Shown here in pieces: positions 59,008-64,000 of a stretch of DNA of 64,000 nucleotides (positions within the stretch are counted from its first letter, which is position 1; every line of letters begins with the position of its first letter). The position numbers and the translations under genes were made by a program. The notes beneath the pieces were generated by a model, which was not told where the DNA came from, did no database searches, and saw only the letters and a program-made list of their open reading frames with translations. This DNA comes from an uncultured Thermoplasmata archaeon (GTDB lineage Archaea > Thermoplasmatota > Thermoplasmata > RBG-16-68-12), in the NCBI GenBank assembly GCA_963768855.1, contig CAVYJM010000008.1, forward strand, positions 8,664-72,663, written 5' to 3'.

Positions 59008-60748
59008 ACACATCAAGAGCGACGTGTTTACCCGTGAAATCGTAAAGGAAGGGCTTCTAGCGGCGGCTGAAGAATGCTTCGTCGCTCTGGGCCGAACGAG
59101 TAAGTCCTCTATCATCTACGAGGTCCTCGACTATGCTTGTGGGCTAACCACTCCGAAAGCTGAGCTTGTTGCCCTCTCCCACGGGGTACCTGGTTTTATT
59201 GGATTGCTGTCCTTCAACGTCGCGGAGGCCTTGGCACGGAGCGCAACTGATCCGCTTGGAGATGGCGACACGTTCCTCACGAACATACCGTACACAAGCG
59301 GCACCCACCTGTCTGATGTCTCGATGTGTATGCCGATCTTCTTCGAAGGGGAGCTCGTTGCCTTTTCGTCGAACAAGGCGCATTGGACGGAAGTAGGAGG
59401 CAAGAGTCCAGGGAGTTGGACAACGGATGCGACGGAAGTCTACCAAGAAGGCTTGCAGTTCCCTTCCATCAAGCTTTACGATGCCGGGAACCTGAATACT
59501 GCACTCATCGAACTCATACGTGCGAATGTCAGAATGCCTGAAATGACCCTCGGTGACCTGTATGCACAGGCAGCGTCCCTCAGGGTCGCAGCCCGTCGCG
59601 TGGCGGAACTATGTCGCAAACACGGCGTCGCGGTTGTGCGAGATGCAATGACATGGTACCTCGACTATGGCGAGCGACTTGCTCGGCAGGAGATGATCAG
59701 GCTGCCCAAAGGGGTCTTCGAGGCGGAGGACTGGATCGATAGCGACGGATTGACGGACGATCCGATCCACGTTAGGGTAAAGGTGACGATCACCGATGGC
59801 GAATTTGTGGTCGACTACTCAGGCAGTGACCGACAGACTAGGGGGCCCGTGAACTGCACGCTGCCCGCAACGACTTGTTCTGCGAGAAAAGTCTTTCTCG
59901 GCGTCACCAATCCACACTCGGCGATGAATGACGGCTACTTCCGGCCGCTGAGAGTTATCGCCCCACAAGGCTCCATCTTCAACGCCACACGCCCAGCTCC
60001 AACGTCCATATACTGGGATAGCATGATTTTCGCGGAAGACCTGGTATGGAAGGCGCTCGCGCCCTACGTTCCGAACAGACTAAGTGCTGGACACTTCCTG
60101 AGCACGTGCGGCATCATCTTGGCCGGAGAACAAGACGATAGTCGAAAGCAGTTCATTCTGGTAGAGCCACAAGCTGGTGGTTGGGGCGCCAGACACGACC
60201 GAGATGGTGAGCGCGGCCTTGTAGCAAGCAGCGACGGGGACACTTTCATAATCCCCGTTGAGGTGTGCGAGCAACGGTATCCGGTCCTGGTTGAACAGTA
60301 CAGCTACAATCTGGAGGAAGGCGGACACGGCAAGTTCCGCGGAGGCAACGGGCTCGTTCGCGATTATAGAATCAGAAGCCTAGGAGCCACCCTCACTGGA
60401 ACATTCGGTCGGTTCAAGTACCCCCCTTGGGGTGTTCAGGGTGGCCTTCCAGGTACCCGCAACCGGGCCGAGCTCTTCCTCCGACGGGGACCGCATGAGA
60501 TTCGCGGGAAAGTTGCGCGCTTCCCCCTGGAGAAAGGGGATCTTGTACGACTTGTGACCGCCACCGGAGGCGGTTGGGGCCCTCCACTCAGCAGGGATCC
60601 TGCTCTAGTGCTCGATGACGTCCTAGACGGGTTTCTAACAGAGACCCAGGCGAGGGAGACATATGGGGTTGTCGTTGACCCTGCCCAGAGACGCGTGGAT
60701 GTCGATGGAACGTCACTGCTTCGAGCCCGCCTGACACAGAAACCGTGA
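58997..60748 (+). CDS. Hydantoinase B/oxoprolinase family subunit
   Basis: SKSSIIYEVLDYACG, GTHLSD, KAHWTEVGG..PGS, YQEGLQFP, GGWGA, GKFRGGNG, TGGGWG; GTG overlaps the A-subunit stop. Confidence 0.95.
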   Translation: MEVEHIKSDVFTREIVKEGLLAAAEECFVALGRTSKSSIIYEVLDYACGLTTPKAELVALSHGVPGFIGLLSFNVAEALARSATDPLGDGDTFLTNIPYTSGTHLSDVSMCMPIFFEGELVAFSSNKAHWTEVGGKSPGSWTTDATEVYQEGLQFPSIKLYDAGNLNTALIELIRANVRMPEMTLGDLYAQAASLRVAARRVAELCRKHGVAVVRDAMTWYLDYGERLARQEMIRLPKGVFEAEDWIDSDGLTDDPIHVRVKVTITDGEFVVDYSGSDRQTRGPVNCTLPATTCSARKVFLGVTNPHSAMNDGYFRPLRVIAPQGSIFNATRPAPTSIYWDSMIFAEDLVWKALAPYVPNRLSAGHFLSTCGIILAGEQDDSRKQFILVEPQAGGWGARHDRDGERGLVASSDGDTFIIPVEVCEQRYPVLVEQYSYNLEEGGHGKFRGGNGLVRDYRIRSLGATLTGTFGRFKYPPWGVQGGLPGTRNRAELFLRRGPHEIRGKVARFPLEKGDLVRLVTATGGGWGPPLSRDPALVLDDVLDGFLTETQARETYGVVVDPAQRRVDVDGTSLLRARLTQKP

Positions 60749-60865
60749 GCGAACGATGCCCCTGGAGGTCACATTCAAATCATGGGCCGGCCTGGGAGAG
60801 AGTGCAACCCGTGAATGCACGATTCGTGGAAGCCTCGTATCCACGGAGATGGATGAACGGAGGAC

Positions 60866-62188
60866 TCAGGCGCGCCTTGTCCCCCGGCGCGGGGCGGGCT
60901 TGCGACCTTTCTCCTTGGATTCCCAGTGGACTCCGCGATCTACGAACACGCGTCCTTCCTTCATCACCATTGCGATGTTCTCACGGTCCAGCATTGAGCG
61001 CAAGTTGTGAAGAGGGTTCTCCCGGACGAGCAAGAGGTCTGCGTATTTCCCGACTTCGACTGTCCCTATCTTCCCCTCCATGTCGACCCCCTTTGATGCT
61101 ACCTTCGTGGTGGCCAGAATGGCCTGCATGGGCGTCATCCCTGCTTCCGCCATGGCGACAATCTCTTTCGCATTCGTACCCTGTTCCACCATCGTGCAGC
61201 CCATGAAGTCGCTTCCGTGCGCAATCTGGATCCCCGCCTTGAGGCATTCTTTGAAGTTGTCGAGCTGTACCTCGCGGGCTTCCCTGGCCTTGCGGGTCGC
61301 GTAATCGGTAATCCCTATCTTCTCGCCATACTCGGCCATGAAACCGACAATGGCCAGCGTGGGGTTGAAAACGATGTCGTTGTCGATGAACATCCTGCGA
61401 ATCTTGCCATCTTGCCAGTATCCGTGGAATACCACGTCAACGCCGCCTTCGATTGCATTTTCAACTCCCTTCCAGGCCGACGAATGGGAACAGACGATGC
61501 GACCGGTCTTGTGTGCTTCTTCGGTAACCGCCTCGATTTCTTCTATCGTGTAGTGCCAATGTGTGGACTCGTCCTTCTCGGAGAGCATACCGCCGGTGGT
61601 GCAAATCTTGAGCAAGTCCGCACCATCGCGAATCTGGCGTCTCGCAGCCCACCGGCATTGGTCCGGTCCGTCAGCGACACAGCCAATGCCGATGTCATTC
61701 GCGATTTCGGCAGGCAAGAACATGAACATGTCCCCGTGACCCGCGGTCTGGCTGATGAGTCGACCTGCGGCTCGGATGCGGGGGCCGACAATGCTTCCCT
61801 CCCTCACCGCATCTCTTAGCGTAATCGCCGCTCGGCTACCAACATCTTGAATAGTAGTGTACCCAGCATCCAGATAGGATTTGACATCCGTTACAGCACG
61901 GACCATCCCAAGATTCGAGGAGAAGTCGACCATCCAGCTCATTGGATTCCAGCTTCGCACCCCCATGAGGTGGGTATGGACGTCAATCAGACCGGGCATT
62001 AGGACCTGCTCGCTGCCGTCAATCCATCGAACATTCTTTGGCAGGTCGACCGCGGACTCGTCTCCGACGGCCACGATTCGGCCTCCACTGACCAGCACCA
62101 CTTGATCGTTTCTCGGTTGAGAACCTGTGCAGTCCAGAAGGGTTCCACAGCGAATCGCAATCGGCTCTTGTCCAGAACGGTCGGCCAT
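60866..62188 (-). CDS. Metal-dependent amidohydrolase (Xaa-Pro dipeptidase-like subgroup)
   Basis: MPGLIDVHTHL, GYTTIQDVG, QTAGHGD, LKICTTGG, VCSH, FHG, AHGSD, IEVGKYADL. Confidence 0.92.
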   Translation of the reverse strand: MADRSGQEPIAIRCGTLLDCTGSQPRNDQVVLVSGGRIVAVGDESAVDLPKNVRWIDGSEQVLMPGLIDVHTHLMGVRSWNPMSWMVDFSSNLGMVRAVTDVKSYLDAGYTTIQDVGSRAAITLRDAVREGSIVGPRIRAAGRLISQTAGHGDMFMFLPAEIANDIGIGCVADGPDQCRWAARRQIRDGADLLKICTTGGMLSEKDESTHWHYTIEEIEAVTEEAHKTGRIVCSHSSAWKGVENAIEGGVDVVFHGYWQDGKIRRMFIDNDIVFNPTLAIVGFMAEYGEKIGITDYATRKAREAREVQLDNFKECLKAGIQIAHGSDFMGCTMVEQGTNAKEIVAMAEAGMTPMQAILATTKVASKGVDMEGKIGTVEVGKYADLLLVRENPLHNLRSMLDRENIAMVMKEGRVFVDRGVHWESKEKGRKPAPRRGTRRA

Positions 62189-62262
62189 TACGGACCCCCC
62201 GCATAGACCACGCGACGCGTGGCCCACATAGGGAATCGGACGTCCTTACTTCAACTCTCCTC

Positions 62263-62274
62263 CGGCCAATGCCG
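62263..62274. promoter_or_regulatory. CGGCCAATGCCG site in the divergent amidohydrolase/OCD spacer
   Basis: Exact 12-mer match to the site within the 97-bp repeat; followed by AAAAGGCTTGAAT (BRE/TATA-like). Confidence 0.65.
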
Positions 62275-62311
62275 ACAAAAGGCTTGAATCCGTGATGACC
62301 ATCCAGTGCTC

Positions 62312-63292
62312 ATGAGGATTCTTCGACGAGATGACGTGAAGGATCTCTTGACACCCAGCGATGCGCGTAAACTCATGCGCACTGCATTCGAGGCGCTAGC
62401 CCACAAAGCCGTGTCGATGCCGCCAAGGACCTTCGTCAAGGCTGATCGATTCCGAGGGTCAGTGGCCTTCATGCCGGCGTATGTGGAAACTATGGATGCC
62501 TTGGGAATGAAGGCAATCGCCTTGTTCGCGGATAACCCTGCGAAATTCTCCCTACCAACGATTCTCGGATCAATGCTGCTCTTTGAAGCAACCACGGGCC
62601 GGACCCTCGCGCTCATGGACGCGGGCCCGCTAACGACAACGAGGACGGCGGCAGTTAGCGCCATCGCGACGGAATACCTCGCCCGAAGGAACGCGAAAGT
62701 GGCGGGATTTATCGGCGCGGGGGCCCAGGGAAGGGCGCATGTCGCTGCCATTCGCGAGGTTCGATCGATAGAGGGAATCCTAGTATATGATAAGGTTGCG
62801 GGAGCGGCAAAGGAGCTGGTAAGTTGGGCCGCAACGGAATATGACCTGAAAGCCGAAGTCAGGCCAGATGCTAAAGATGTTGTGAAAGACTCAGACATAG
62901 TGACCATCGCAACTGGATCTCGCACCCCGGTCATAGAAGGCTCCTGGATTCAAGAGGGAGCCCATCTCAATGTCATCGGTTCGGGGCCAGCTGCCGAGAT
63001 TGATGCCACGACGCACAACAGGGCGAACAAGATTGTCGTCGACAACATGGAATCCATCCTCGCGGAGGCCCAGGATTTCCTCGCCTCGATTAAGATAGGC
63101 GCTTTGACAACCGACAGGATCTACGCCGAACTGAGCGAGCTCATCACGGGACTCAAACCTGGAAGGCAGGCAGCGGAGGAAATCACTCTCTTCCGCTCCC
63201 TCGGACTCGCAATCGAAGACGTTGCGGCGGCAAAGCACATCTATGATGCAGCAATCCGCACAGGTCGGGGCGAGGAGGTTCCATTTCCTTGA
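62312..63292 (+). CDS. Ornithine cyclodeaminase/mu-crystallin family NAD(P)-dependent enzyme
   Basis: MPPR, FMPAY, GMK, LTTTRTAAVSAIAT, IGAGAQG, GAHLNVIG, ITLFRSLGLAIEDVAAA. The ORF track starts at GTG 62306. Confidence 0.93.
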   Translation: MRILRRDDVKDLLTPSDARKLMRTAFEALAHKAVSMPPRTFVKADRFRGSVAFMPAYVETMDALGMKAIALFADNPAKFSLPTILGSMLLFEATTGRTLALMDAGPLTTTRTAAVSAIATEYLARRNAKVAGFIGAGAQGRAHVAAIREVRSIEGILVYDKVAGAAKELVSWAATEYDLKAEVRPDAKDVVKDSDIVTIATGSRTPVIEGSWIQEGAHLNVIGSGPAAEIDATTHNRANKIVVDNMESILAEAQDFLASIKIGALTTDRIYAELSELITGLKPGRQAAEEITLFRSLGLAIEDVAAAKHIYDAAIRTGRGEEVPFP

Positions 63293-64000
63293 CCCGACAG
63301 CAGCACCATGGCGGCATTCGGGATAACCGTCTGAATGAGAGCGTGGACACCAAGACGCAGGAATCCCATGGCTCGAGTCTGTCACTCCTCAAGTCTTTCG
63401 TGGCAATCCCTAGCATCGCCCGAGACCGAGCTGCGACAGAGGCAGCAGCGAAGTGGCTTTCCCAGCTGCTATCGGAGAAAGGATTCAATGGCCAAATCCT
63501 GCAGACTCCTGGTCTTCCGGCCGTGTATGGTCAGTCACCGGTCAAGCACGATTGTCCTACGGTGCTATTCCACGGCCACTACGACGTCCAGCCGGCTGAT
63601 CCTGTCGCTGACTGGACATCGCCGCCCTTCGAGCTGACCTTGCAGGATGGGAGAATCTATGGGAGAGGCTGCGCAGATGACAAGGGCCAACTTCTCGGGA
63701 TGATCCTCGGCGCTGCCTTGGCCTACGATGTCCGCAATGATCTCCCCCTAAACGTCAAGTATCTCTTCGAAGGAGAAGAGGAGATTGGGAGCCCAAACCT
63801 GGCCTCAATCCTGAAAGACAAAAAGTCGTTGCTGAAGGCAGATCTCATGGTTGCCTCTGACGGCACCCTTCACCATTCAGGCAGAACAACGCTAATCTTG
63901 GGGTTCAAGGGCGTCTTGTGCGTGGAGATGGAGTGTCGCAAGCCGTTCGCAGACCTTCATTCAAGCCTAGCGCCCTGCTATCCGAGTGCCGCATGGGAAC
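63289..64000 (+). CDS. M20/M25/M40 family dipeptidase, 3' end outside window
   Basis: Frame 1 is open from TTG 63289 (overlaps the OCD stop; GAGGAGG upstream). FVAIPSI, HGHYDVQP, WTSPPF, IYGRGCADDKGQ, FEGEEEIGSPNL. Missing from the ORF track because it has no stop. Confidence 0.9.
   Translation, partial: MTRQQHHGGIRDNRLNESVDTKTQESHGSSLSLLKSFVAIPSIARDRAATEAAAKWLSQLLSEKGFNGQILQTPGLPAVYGQSPVKHDCPTVLFHGHYDVQPADPVADWTSPPFELTLQDGRIYGRGCADDKGQLLGMILGAALAYDVRNDLPLNVKYLFEGEEEIGSPNLASILKDKKSLLKADLMVASDGTLHHSGRTTLILGFKGVLCVEMECRKPFADLHSSLAPCYPSAAWE

Overview
Archaeal DNA, most likely an uncultured high-GC Thermoplasmata-type genome. This is inferred from rpo7-spt4-DUF359-S24e-S27ae, Pus10-L21e-rpo4-DUF655, Alba, Sec61beta, NreA and BRE/TATA-type promoters; the lineage cannot be fixed from sequence alone. 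About 1-15 kb and 20-43 kb are mostly core or metabolic genes: DUF62, ApgM, a K+-independent H+-PPase, a peptide/nickel-family ABC system, an acyl-CoA ligase, an orphan multi-PAS/GAF kinase, an NreA/Nudix/radical-SAM cluster and a type IIIA P-type ATPase. Two accessory blocks have visibly lower GC. (i) About 15.2-20.3 kb follows tRNA-Arg(CCG) and holds an integrase C-terminal remnant, gene fragments and microproteins. (ii) About 43.5-64 kb is a catabolic island: an HTH_10 regulator, a second peptide-family ABC system with a PKD-bearing binding protein and a zinc-ribbon-containing ATPase, an aminotransferase, DUF917, hydantoinase/oxoprolinase A+B, an amidohydrolase, an OCD/mu-crystallin protein and an M20 peptidase. 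The best leads are: a CGGC-N4-GCCG palindrome in front of each enzyme/transporter transcription unit of the island; a 97-bp promoter/leader duplicated in inverted orientation (96/97 identical) around the aminotransferase-DUF917 cassette; and an array of degenerate hairpin-plus-pyrimidine repeats at the island's left edge with a dispersed copy at 7.44 kb. Several genes carry clustered single-base frameshifts that may be sequencing errors. All family assignments come from motif recognition by eye; no database searches were run.
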